Translations under genes and position numbers: made by a program
The notes under the pieces: model-generated
What the model was told of the DNA's origin: nothing
Seen by the model: the letters and a program-made list of their open reading frames with translations, nothing else
Databases searched by the model: none
Source of the DNA: an uncultured archaeon
GTDB taxonomy: Archaea > Asgardarchaeota > Lokiarchaeia > Sigyniarchaeales > SOKP01
NCBI GenBank assembly: GCA_964632315.1
Contig: CAZWEM010000010.1
Coordinates: 1 to 64,000 of the forward strand
Direction: 5' to 3'
Length of the DNA stretch: 64,000 bases
Shown here: positions 49,308 to 58,746 of the stretch, one piece after another
How positions within the stretch are numbered: position 1 is the stretch's first letter
How the letters are laid out: each line of letters opens with the position of its first letter

Positions 49308-50387
49308 ATGGCGCAAATAATCTTTCATTGCGATTTGGATGCGTTTTTTGCTTCTGTTGAGATTCGAGATCATCCAGAATATAAAAATAGACCTGTTATA
49401 ATAGGAGCCGATCCAAAGAAAGGGAAAGGGAGAGGAGTTGTATCTACTTGTAATTATAAAGCGAGAGAATATGGTTTACATTCAGCTTTACCCATATCTC
49501 AAGCCTATAAGAAATGTCCTCAAGGGATCTACTTAAGACCAAATTTTTTAAAATATAAAAAAGCCTCACAACAAGTAATGCAAATCCTCAATTCATTTTC
49601 GGAAGAGTTTCAACAAGTCAGCGTTGATGAGGCATATGTTGATATGTCTGAGAGGTGTAAGGATTTTGATGAGGCTAAAGAAATAGCGAAAGCGATTCAA
49701 AAATCAATAATGAAAGAGGTTGGTATAACCATGTCGATTGGAGTTGCATCTACTAAGTCCATAGCAAAAATAGCATCGGATTATCATAAACCCAATGGAA
49801 CAACCATTGTAAGACCAGAAGAGGTTAAAAGGTTCTTGTCTCCATTGGAAATAACACGCATACCTGGCATCGGAAAAAAGTCTAAATTTTATTATAACAA
49901 AAGGGGGATATTCACAATAGGAGATATCATTAAAACTCCTTTAAATTTAATGATTCAAAAGTTTGGAAAAAGTGGATCGTGGGCTTGGAGAGTGGCAAAT
50001 GGCTTAGATAATCGATCTGTAAAAGCCATTCCTGATGAGAGGAAGTCAATTAGTAAAGAACGAACCTTTTATGAAGATACAGCAGATTTTAGTTTAATTT
50101 TATCTAAATTGGAAGAGATAAACAAGAAAATTCATGATAAATTGAAACAAGGGGGAGTTTACTATAAAACAATTACTCTTAAAATTAGATTTCAAGGATT
50201 TTTAACCTATACTCGTTCGAAATCACTTCCTTTTCACATCCAAGATGAAAAAACCACAATTGATGTCATATTAGAGCTATATAAAGAGTTTTTGAATAAT
50301 GGTAAAAAAGTGCGATTAGTGGGCATTAAGCTGTCGAATTTGTCAGCAAAAGATAAAATACAAAGAAAATTGATTAGTTATTTATAA
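49308..50387 (+). CDS. dinB: DNA polymerase IV (Y family)
   Basis: DLDAFFASVE, SVDEAY, AKIASD..KPNG, IPGIG. Confidence 0.96.
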   Translation: MAQIIFHCDLDAFFASVEIRDHPEYKNRPVIIGADPKKGKGRGVVSTCNYKAREYGLHSALPISQAYKKCPQGIYLRPNFLKYKKASQQVMQILNSFSEEFQQVSVDEAYVDMSERCKDFDEAKEIAKAIQKSIMKEVGITMSIGVASTKSIAKIASDYHKPNGTTIVRPEEVKRFLSPLEITRIPGIGKKSKFYYNKRGIFTIGDIIKTPLNLMIQKFGKSGSWAWRVANGLDNRSVKAIPDERKSISKERTFYEDTADFSLILSKLEEINKKIHDKLKQGGVYYKTITLKIRFQGFLTYTRSKSLPFHIQDEKTTIDVILELYKEFLNNGKKVRLVGIKLSNLSAKDKIQRKLISYL

Positions 50388-50409
50388 TCAAAGTTGAATT
50401 TTCTCAATA

Positions 50410-51327
50410 TTATTTATAATCAAAGTTGAATTTTCTCATTGATTCCAATATTTCTTGATGAATATAGGAATTAGATGCAACTAACCCCGGAGCAGATACA
50501 ATCACTTTTTCATCATGAAATGTCAATTGATTACCATTAAGATCAGAAACTTTTCCTCCTGCTTCGCTTACTAACAAAATCCCAGGTAAAAAATCCCAAG
50601 CAAATGATCTCTCCATATTTAATGGTTTGATATATATATCGGCATCTCCATTAGCTATTAGACAAAATTTCGCCATACTATCCATTTGAATGAATTTTGC
50701 AATATTAACTTCTGAAGCAAATTTCATTACCCAAGGTTCATCATAATGAAGAGAATGACACATAAGTGCTTTTGATAGATTTCCCTGCTCACTAACTTTT
50801 ATTGTTGAAAAAGCTTCTCTTCCATAGGATACTTTTGCTCCATTTCCTTTTTCTGCTATGAAAATAGCTGTTCCTTTCTCATTAAAATTAGGAACCCCAA
50901 TGATAGAAATTCGAGGAATTGAATTCATCATTAATCCGATTCCAATTGCATAAGAAAGGTTCTTTTGAAATCCCTTGGTCCCATCAATTGGGTCTACTGT
51001 CCATTGTCTTTCAGATTTTGACTTTTTTTGTGATAAATCTATTTCGATATCAATATTTAAATCATCATAGCATAATTCAATCAAATCAAGATCAGTTATT
51101 GATAGGTTTATCTCATCGGTTTCTTCAGCAATGATTTGATCATCGGGAAAATATTCCGCAAGTCTAAAGGTGATAAAAAATTGTGATGCATAATCCGCTA
51201 ATGTAACTGGTGAGTTATCTTGTTTTTGAAAAGACTTAAAGCCTACATTACTGAACCATTTTGTAATTTCTGTTGCTTTTCTTACTGTTTCTATAGCAAT
51301 CTTTAATTCTGTATCAAAATTTTTCAT
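50410..51327 (-). CDS. 3'(2'),5'-bisphosphate nucleotidase / inositol monophosphatase family
   Basis: SPVTLADY, AEE, DPIDGTKGF, DSMAK, WD. Confidence 0.88.
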   Translation of the reverse strand: MKNFDTELKIAIETVRKATEITKWFSNVGFKSFQKQDNSPVTLADYASQFFITFRLAEYFPDDQIIAEETDEINLSITDLDLIELCYDDLNIDIEIDLSQKKSKSERQWTVDPIDGTKGFQKNLSYAIGIGLMMNSIPRISIIGVPNFNEKGTAIFIAEKGNGAKVSYGREAFSTIKVSEQGNLSKALMCHSLHYDEPWVMKFASEVNIAKFIQMDSMAKFCLIANGDADIYIKPLNMERSFAWDFLPGILLVSEAGGKVSDLNGNQLTFHDEKVIVSAPGLVASNSYIHQEILESMRKFNFDYK

Positions 51328-51495
51328 TAAATCTGAACTCCTGTTATATCGTTATAGAAAGAAATCCTTGGTATATTGTAAATTATGAATTCTTTAAAAT
51401 AAATTTTGATCCTTATCTAAATTTTATTTCTTAATGCTCGTACATTATATTATACAAACTGAATATATAAATAAAAATTCTTATACCGTGTTATT

Positions 51496-52242
51496 ATGGT
51501 CAATCTAGTTTTTATTGGAATGAGTTTTGAATCTTTTATAATTATAATCGCTAGCATTTTATTAGCATTGATTTTACGTAAATACTATGAAAAAGAAAAA
51601 CACAAGCTGACACTATACCTCTTCTTGATATTCCTATTCTATGTGATCGCGATATTTTTCTCTTGGCTTTCGAAAATTCTGGTATTATATTCTAACATTA
51701 ATTATGTGTATAACTCAAATTTACCAGATCCTGGTACGGTGCTTTCATGGATACTTTTAAGGATTACTGATTTTCGATTAAGCTTTGTATTCTTAGCTAT
51801 TGCTATCTTTATATCTTACATATTAAAAGTGAATATTTTTGAAAAGGATTACAAAAAAACACATAGAATTATAGTTATAATCTATTCAATCGTTACTGTA
51901 CTTTATTCATTATTGATCTATCAACGGGGAAATACATTACTGGATGTTATCGCATTCTTATTGATATTTGTATTTATGGCTATGATATATTTTCCGTTCT
52001 TCTTTAGTTCGGTTAATTCTTATAGATCGAGTCAAGAAAAGATATTTAAAAATGCATTTTTGTCATTAGCTTTGATGGCAATCTTTTTCATATTAGTGCC
52101 TTTTTACTTTTTAATTGATCGATTATTGATACTCTTTGGAGGGCCGGGATTTTCAGTTTTTTACTTTTTAGCTTGGATATTTGTTTTACTTGGAATAATA
52201 GCAGCATATTATGGATATATTCGTCCAAGAACGAGCAAGTAA
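51496..52242 (+). CDS. Seven-TM integral membrane protein, function unknown
   Basis: Seven hydrophobic segments counted by eye. Confidence 0.75.
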   Translation: MVNLVFIGMSFESFIIIIASILLALILRKYYEKEKHKLTLYLFLIFLFYVIAIFFSWLSKILVLYSNINYVYNSNLPDPGTVLSWILLRITDFRLSFVFLAIAIFISYILKVNIFEKDYKKTHRIIVIIYSIVTVLYSLLIYQRGNTLLDVIAFLLIFVFMAMIYFPFFFSSVNSYRSSQEKIFKNAFLSLALMAIFFILVPFYFLIDRLLILFGGPGFSVFYFLAWIFVLLGIIAAYYGYIRPRTSK

Positions 52243-52326
52243 ATGCATTATAAATATAAAAGAATAAATTTAAGACTATTATTTTTTTTATCTAATATAA
52301 TCTTATTATTTGATACCGTGATATAA

Positions 52327-52740
52327 TTGGTTAAAGTTCTTCAAGATATTTGGATTATCTCAGAAGGAGGAATTGTCTTATATCATCGTGTATTTGATGA
52401 AAAAGTCGATGATCAACTTTTCGGAGGATTAATGAGTGCTTTAAATTCCTTTGCTGAAGAATTGGTCCATGAAGGGCTTTCTAATTTCGAACTCGAACAA
52501 AAGAGATTTACGTTTACTAAGCGGAATGGTCTACTATTTATCGCGAATTCATCTAAAAAGGTTAAAGATAAAAAAGTTATGGAAGAATTAAGCAATATAA
52601 TAACCCGATTTTTCGAGCTTTATCCTAAAGAAATTTTTGAAAATTGGGAGGGAGATATAACTATTTTTTCAGACTTTGAAAAAGAAATAGAAGATAGTCT
52701 AGAAGATACAATTCAAAAATTTCAAAAAGCATTCTGGTAA
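52327..52740 (+). CDS. Longin-like domain protein
   Basis: IWII.EGG.VLY.R....DDQLFGGLMSALNSFA pattern typical of Asgard longin-like proteins. Confidence 0.7.
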   Translation: MVKVLQDIWIISEGGIVLYHRVFDEKVDDQLFGGLMSALNSFAEELVHEGLSNFELEQKRFTFTKRNGLLFIANSSKKVKDKKVMEELSNIITRFFELYPKEIFENWEGDITIFSDFEKEIEDSLEDTIQKFQKAFW

Positions 52741-53205
52741 TTATTCTTCCTTGCAACCTTCGCAGGTATGACTGAAAATCCTGACATCTTCTACACTTTC
52801 TAATTCTTTTGTTAATTGGATTAATAATTTTTTGTCTATTATTTTTGCTGATGAAAAGAATATTCCGAAATGACAATCTGTTAATTTTTCTCCAGTACAG
52901 AATCCTGTTGAAGTTAAAATATCATATCTCATTTCCTCTTTCAACAATTTTAACACTTTCCCTAATAAATCAGGTAATATCTGTGGAACTTTTACTTCTA
53001 TTAAATAGATTTTATCATATTTGGTGGGATATAATGAAAAATGAGCATGCCTCGTTCCATGTTTTTCCTCCTTAGATGAAGCTAAAAAAAAATAGTCAAA
53101 ATTATCTAACCCGATTTTTTTTTTAATCTCTCTTGGTAAGTCCCAATTAATTATTCCGTCTTTATTATAAAGCTTTACTTCATAATGTTTCAAGAGTTCA
53201 GACAT
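52741..53205 (-). CDS. Hypothetical protein (AbrB-like N-terminus, ACT-like C-terminus)
   Basis: LPREIKKKIGL and PDLLGKVLKLL patterns; weak. Confidence 0.55.
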   Translation of the reverse strand: MSELLKHYEVKLYNKDGIINWDLPREIKKKIGLDNFDYFFLASSKEEKHGTRHAHFSLYPTKYDKIYLIEVKVPQILPDLLGKVLKLLKEEMRYDILTSTGFCTGEKLTDCHFGIFFSSAKIIDKKLLIQLTKELESVEDVRIFSHTCEGCKEE

Positions 53206-53389
53206 TTTTTAATACACCAGAGAACACGTATTCAAATAATCGTAAGATTTTAGATTTTTCTACTTTTCTCTTTATAAATAATTTGAGTAAATAACTTATA
53301 AGCTTAAATCAGAGAAATTCTTGATTTTTATTTAATATAATCTTAATATATAATTACTTTATAGTATAATAAACAATAGGTTATTAATT

Positions 53390-53743
53390 ATGCACGCAAT
53401 AGGATTAGTTTTACTATATGATCGGAATATTGGGAAACCTGAAGATATTTCTAAGCGGTTTAGCAGCCATTTTGCTAATGTAGGCGAAAATTTGGTGTTA
53501 GAAGGATTATTAGAGTTACCGGAGTTTAAAGAAATTATGGATATGAAAAGGATATATTGGGGCGGGGTTAAAGAAAATTTCTTAAAGTTATTAGACGATG
53601 ATGATGCCATTGGTAAACTTGCTTGGAAAGTTTTTGTAGAAAATGCCAAAATTGAACCTTCTGAAGAAGTAAAAAGTCTCATCTATGAAAAAGAAAATGC
53701 TCCATGGGACTTTTCTTTAATGGTTTGCGTACTTTATGAATAA
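53390..53743 (+). CDS. Hypothetical protein
   Basis: 117-aa ORF with protein-like composition filling an intergenic gap. Confidence 0.7.
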   Translation: MHAIGLVLLYDRNIGKPEDISKRFSSHFANVGENLVLEGLLELPEFKEIMDMKRIYWGGVKENFLKLLDDDDAIGKLAWKVFVENAKIEPSEEVKSLIYEKENAPWDFSLMVCVLYE

Positions 53744-53919
53744 TTATCTAAATTAAATAGCAATTTTTTTATTTTTATTAACTCATTGAATGTTAAAATA
53801 GAGATCTATTTGCTTAATGATGCAATTTTTATTTTGTTGATTCCTATTTAAATTTTATATGAGAGAAATACGATTTAGCAGAATAATAAATCATTTAAAA
53901 TTTATGCTGGGTAAATTAT

Positions 53920-55488
53920 ATGACAGAATACCGGTTAGTTTATGATTCGGGAAGTAAAGTTTTAAAGTGTGCTATTGCTGATGAATTTGGAAAAATTATT
54001 TCTTTGGAATCTAAGGAAGAAGAGGTAATTAAAAGTGAGGATGGGCTTTATCGGGAATGGAATTATAAAAAGTATTGGGAAGATTTAATCAATTTAACCA
54101 AAATTACAATAAACTCAGCTAAAATCGATCCAAAGCAAATAAAATACATTACTGCTTCTTCGATGCGTCCAAGTTGTGTCTTTGCGGATGATAACAATAA
54201 TGCTATTTATATAGGGGCAAGTTTTGAATGTCGAGGAATTGATTATGCTGAGGATATTGAAAGAGAATTTGAGGAAAGCACGGGTAAAACATTCTATGAG
54301 AGCACTGGCCATTTTCCTTCTCTCCTTTTTATACCTGCTCGTTATAAATATTTTAAAGAAGAAGATGACGGCAGATTTGGACAAATTACCCAATATTTTC
54401 CAATGGATAGTTGGATTTTAATAAAATTTGGAGGAGAAGTTCATGCTAACATAACTAGTGCTGCGGAATCTGGATTTTTTGATTTAAATACGAAATTATG
54501 GCATCCTGCTTGGGAAGAAATTTTAGATTTACCTGATTATTTTTTTCCTTGGCCGGTAATGCCTGGTGAAATAATTGGTACGGTTTCTGAATACTATGAA
54601 GAGTTATTAGGATTAAGTACAGATACTAAATTGGTTGCTGGAATTTCGGATACCCAAGCAGCAATGCTAGGTTGTCAATGTATAGAAATAGGTTCTATAG
54701 GGACAGTTTTAGGAACAACCTCACCAGTTCAAGCAATATCACATAAACCACATTATGATCCAAATGTGAAAATATGGAACGGACTGTTTGCATGTAAAAA
54801 TTTATTTAGTTATTATTATTTGGAAACAAATTCTGGAATCACTGGTCAGTTGCTTAATTGGGCAGCAAATTTATTTTTTAAAGATAAAGGTTTATCGCCA
54901 AAACAACGCTTTCAAAAGTTAGATAGAGCATATGATGAATATGATCGCTTTGAATTGGAGGCAGAGAATGAAAAAGTAGATCAATCGAGCATATATTCAC
55001 TATTAGGACCTTCTCCTTTAGCTAGTACGCAAATGGGTATGACTCCGGGGATATTTTATTTCCAAAGTCCCGGAGGTATTGAAGAAGTTGAAGGCAAAAA
55101 GAATGCCTTTATTGCAGCAGTTTTTGATAATATACAATTTGCTGTAATAAAAAATATTGAATATCTTGTTAATTTTGCAAATATAGAAAGTCAAAATTAC
55201 TCGATTGTAGGAGGTATTACACAAAATTCCACTTTGGTGCAAAGATTTGCTGATCTTCTCCAAGCTCCGATAATAACCTCAAAAAATGAAGAAATAAGTA
55301 TTCAAGGAATGCTAGTGCTATGTGATGTTGCTGCAGGGAAAATAAACAATTTAGAAGAGCTTAAATCTAGAAATGAAAAATTAAATCTGTTAGTAAAGAT
55401 GGAACCTAGAGAAAATATGAAACTGAAATTACTAAATAAATATAATAAATGGTTAAAAATTTTCCAGCAGTTTAATAAGAATTTTTGA
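53920..55488 (+). CDS. FGGY-family carbohydrate kinase (divergent)
   Basis: DSGS.V.K, PG.IIG, G.SDTQAAMLG, LGTT, VGG.....L.Q.FADLL. Confidence 0.85.
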   Translation: MTEYRLVYDSGSKVLKCAIADEFGKIISLESKEEEVIKSEDGLYREWNYKKYWEDLINLTKITINSAKIDPKQIKYITASSMRPSCVFADDNNNAIYIGASFECRGIDYAEDIEREFEESTGKTFYESTGHFPSLLFIPARYKYFKEEDDGRFGQITQYFPMDSWILIKFGGEVHANITSAAESGFFDLNTKLWHPAWEEILDLPDYFFPWPVMPGEIIGTVSEYYEELLGLSTDTKLVAGISDTQAAMLGCQCIEIGSIGTVLGTTSPVQAISHKPHYDPNVKIWNGLFACKNLFSYYYLETNSGITGQLLNWAANLFFKDKGLSPKQRFQKLDRAYDEYDRFELEAENEKVDQSSIYSLLGPSPLASTQMGMTPGIFYFQSPGGIEEVEGKKNAFIAAVFDNIQFAVIKNIEYLVNFANIESQNYSIVGGITQNSTLVQRFADLLQAPIITSKNEEISIQGMLVLCDVAAGKINNLEELKSRNEKLNLLVKMEPRENMKLKLLNKYNKWLKIFQQFNKNF

Positions 55489-55540
55489 TTTTTTATAAAT
55501 AAAAATACTTTTAAAAAATTAAATGGTCTTATAAAAAGCG

Positions 55541-56302
55541 ATGAATAGTTTAGATTATCAAAATAAAAGGTTATATGCTTATAATGTGCATTTGATAGTT
55601 GCTTTATTGTTAATTTTCATTGCGGGATTTTTACTTATTTTTTTAGGTTTAATTCTTAACCCAGAACAAATCAACATTTTGATAATTCTTGGCTTTAGTT
55701 TCATAATTATTGGAATTATCCAGTGCATCTTGATTATTAGAAAAGTTATAAAGAGAACCGATCTCCTATTTGACAAAGTCGAAGTTCAAATTCAATCTAG
55801 TAATAAAGGGGGATTTTTACATATAATTCGCCCAGAAGTTTCAAAAAGCAAATCACAGCGCATAGAAGCACCTAAAATTCCGTCAAATCCATTTTTTAAA
55901 ACTCAAAGTGATTCCAATGAAAAATCTGAGATAATTAAAAAAGGTTCAGGAGATTTAAAAAGTAAAATTGTAAATATTTCAATTGAGGAGGCACTTCAAA
56001 AGATTATTGACAGATATAATGATCCGAATGTATCTAAAATGTTCACAAATTGGCAAAATACATTAATGATGAGTTTTCCAGATCTTAAAAAAAACTATCT
56101 TTTCAAAATTAATAATGATCAAGGCATTAAATTAGAAGAAGGATATAAAGATGACGTCGCTGTACAAGTTAGCTTAGATTCTGAAACGTTTATTAAAATG
56201 ATGACTAAACAAATCAATCCAATCAAAGCATATAGCAGTGGTGAACTAGAAGTAAAAGGGAAGATGAAAAATCTCCTAAAGTTAAGAAAGTTAATGTTTT
56301 AA
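55541..56302 (+). CDS. Membrane-anchored SCP2 sterol-carrier domain protein
   Basis: Two N-terminal TMs, linker, INPIKAYSSGELEVKG..LLKL SCP2 motif. Confidence 0.85.
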   Translation: MNSLDYQNKRLYAYNVHLIVALLLIFIAGFLLIFLGLILNPEQINILIILGFSFIIIGIIQCILIIRKVIKRTDLLFDKVEVQIQSSNKGGFLHIIRPEVSKSKSQRIEAPKIPSNPFFKTQSDSNEKSEIIKKGSGDLKSKIVNISIEEALQKIIDRYNDPNVSKMFTNWQNTLMMSFPDLKKNYLFKINNDQGIKLEEGYKDDVAVQVSLDSETFIKMMTKQINPIKAYSSGELEVKGKMKNLLKLRKLMF

Positions 56303-56323
56303 TTATAATATCATACAAAGAGG

Positions 56324-58054
56324 TTGAACGGCTTGAAAGCATTTGTTACAACTCAATTGTCCCCAGAAGCTTTAAAAAAACTTAGGATGTTATTGCTAGA
56401 TGATGTTGTGTATGAAAGTTGGCGTGAAACAAAAAACCTATATTTTGATGCACAAGAGTTGGTCAATAAAATAAATAATATCCAAGCTGAAATTTTCATA
56501 TGTGAAGGAGATAATGTCAAGAAAGAGGTATTAGAAAATGTTGATCTTAAAATTATAGCATCAACTCGTGATGATCCTAACAATATTGATTTAGAAACCG
56601 CTACCAAAAAGGGTATCCCAGTGCTCTATACTCCTGGAAGAAATCGAAATGCAGTTGCAGAAATGACAATTACGCTTATACTGACTTTAATTAGAAAAGT
56701 ATATAAAGTAGCCCAAATACTCTCTTCTGAACAATTCCGTGTAGAAAGTTTTGCGGACTATGTCAATTATTACAACATGTTTACAGGTAATGAACTTAAA
56801 GGAAAGAAAATAGGGATCATTGGATTAGGAAATATAGGGTTTGAAGTTGCAAAACGTCTTAAAGCTTTTGATGTTAACTTTTTGATCTATGACCCATATA
56901 TCCAAAAAGAAAGGTTAGAGTTTATTCATGGAGAGCTAGTGGATCTTGAAACTTTAATGAAAAATTCTGATATAATTTCAATTCATTGCCCTCCAACAGA
57001 TGAAACTGAGGGCCTTGTTGGGCAAAATCAATTATCCTTGATGAAATCTAGTGCTTTCTTCATTAATCTCGGACGCGCTTCAATCGTTGATCAAAATGCT
57101 CTATACAATTCTCTTAAAGCAAGAAAAATTGCTGGTGCTGCTATAGATGTTTTTGATATTGAGCCAGTAGATCAAGACAATGAATTTCTTGAACTGGATA
57201 ATGTTATCGTTACTCCTCATATCGGAGGAGATACTTTTGAGACAATCCAGAATCAAAGCATGATGATAGTGGAAGGAATACGTAAAATTATTAATGATGA
57301 AATTCCAACTAATATCTTAAATCCAAAAGTACTGCCAGGATATTCTTCGGAAAAAATTCTACAACCTAAAACAGGAATAAAAATAGAATTATCCAACTAT
57401 AAAAGAGAAAGCATCGAAATTTTAGAAGTTTGTAAAAAGATGCTAAAAAGAGGCCTTATTATTGGTACTGCAGGTAATGTATCGATGCGTGTAAAATTAC
57501 CGGATGGAAGTGATGGATTTCTTTTAACTCCAAGCACGGTATCTTATGAGAACATGAAAATAGAAGATCTAGTACTAATAGATAAAAATTTGAAAGTGCT
57601 TGCAGGAGTTCGAAATCCCACATCTGAAAAACATCTTCACATAAATATCCTACTTTCCAGAAAAGATATTAATGCTGTTATTCATTCACATGCTCCATAT
57701 TCCACGATCTTATCAATTGCTCGCATGCCTTTAGGACCTATTGTTGACGAAATTATACCATTTATCGGCGGGTGTGAAATAGCAGATTATGAGATGGCTG
57801 GTACAGAAGAAATCTCTCAAAAAGCATTAAAAGCTTTAGGTAATAACTATGCGGTATTTTTACCTAATCACGGTAATATATGTGTTGGAATAGATATGCA
57901 ACACGCATTCACAGTGCTGGAGCAGTTAGAATTCGCCGCAAAGGTTCAATATAAGGCATCTTTATTAGGTACGATTTATGCTCTTCCAGAGGACGCTGAA
58001 AAAGATGAAAAAGAGATGTTTGAGATCATGCGAGAAGCGAATGATATGGGATAG
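56324..58054 (+). CDS. Fusion of D-2-hydroxyacid dehydrogenase (SerA-like) and class II aldolase
   Basis: GLGNIG, INLGR, DVFDIEP, TPHIGG; then GNVS, PTSEKHLH, HSH, NHG. Confidence 0.9.
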   Translation: MNGLKAFVTTQLSPEALKKLRMLLLDDVVYESWRETKNLYFDAQELVNKINNIQAEIFICEGDNVKKEVLENVDLKIIASTRDDPNNIDLETATKKGIPVLYTPGRNRNAVAEMTITLILTLIRKVYKVAQILSSEQFRVESFADYVNYYNMFTGNELKGKKIGIIGLGNIGFEVAKRLKAFDVNFLIYDPYIQKERLEFIHGELVDLETLMKNSDIISIHCPPTDETEGLVGQNQLSLMKSSAFFINLGRASIVDQNALYNSLKARKIAGAAIDVFDIEPVDQDNEFLELDNVIVTPHIGGDTFETIQNQSMMIVEGIRKIINDEIPTNILNPKVLPGYSSEKILQPKTGIKIELSNYKRESIEILEVCKKMLKRGLIIGTAGNVSMRVKLPDGSDGFLLTPSTVSYENMKIEDLVLIDKNLKVLAGVRNPTSEKHLHINILLSRKDINAVIHSHAPYSTILSIARMPLGPIVDEIIPFIGGCEIADYEMAGTEEISQKALKALGNNYAVFLPNHGNICVGIDMQHAFTVLEQLEFAAKVQYKASLLGTIYALPEDAEKDEKEMFEIMREANDMG

Positions 58055-58064
58055 GAGTTTCTTT

Positions 58065-58697
58065 CTACACTAAATATTTCCTCACAATTTCTCCTCTTGG
58101 TTCCAATTCTTCAAAAAGAATTGCTTGAAATGAATAAATTTGTGTACTTTTTTCTTTCCATGAATCTTCAGGAAGCCAAGCTTTAGTGCAGGTATGTCGT
58201 AAAAATGTTTCTACATCCCAATTTCGATCGTGATCAACTGGAACTTGAGGGAGTAATAAACCTCTTCTACCTCCTCTTTCAGCTATCAAACCATCTCTAC
58301 CAATTTTTATTTTATTAAAGTAATCTTTAGGTTCATTTACTTCGATTAGTTTTGGGGGGGTGAGAATTGATAGTTCTATCACTATATTATCCATTTCTCG
58401 TAAAGTAACTGGAGGAAATCGCGGATCCTCAGTAGCAGAGCTTATAGATACTTTGTGGACAACTTCATAAAGAGGATAAATCGGTTCTATGAATCCTATG
58501 CATCCTCTTAATGGATTTCCTGATACATTATACTTATTAAGTGTAACAAAAGCTCCATACTTCCCCGAAAATAATTCTTTAAGTTTTTCTGGAATTGATA
58601 TTTTTTTCCCTGTTTTCAATAAAGTTTCAATGTTTTCTCGAGCAAATTCTATTAATGCTTTTCCATCCTCAAGAGTAAAAATTTCATCTTCAGACAT
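58065..58697 (-). CDS. AMMECR1 / TIGR00296 family protein
   Basis: GAFVTL, LRGCIG, DPRF, GLLLPQV. Confidence 0.95.
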   Translation of the reverse strand: MSEDEIFTLEDGKALIEFARENIETLLKTGKKISIPEKLKELFSGKYGAFVTLNKYNVSGNPLRGCIGFIEPIYPLYEVVHKVSISSATEDPRFPPVTLREMDNIVIELSILTPPKLIEVNEPKDYFNKIKIGRDGLIAERGGRRGLLLPQVPVDHDRNWDVETFLRHTCTKAWLPEDSWKEKSTQIYSFQAILFEELEPRGEIVRKYLV

Positions 58698-58746
58698 TTT
58701 AATCACAACTCATAAACATTATTTATTATGGTATTTTATACATGAA

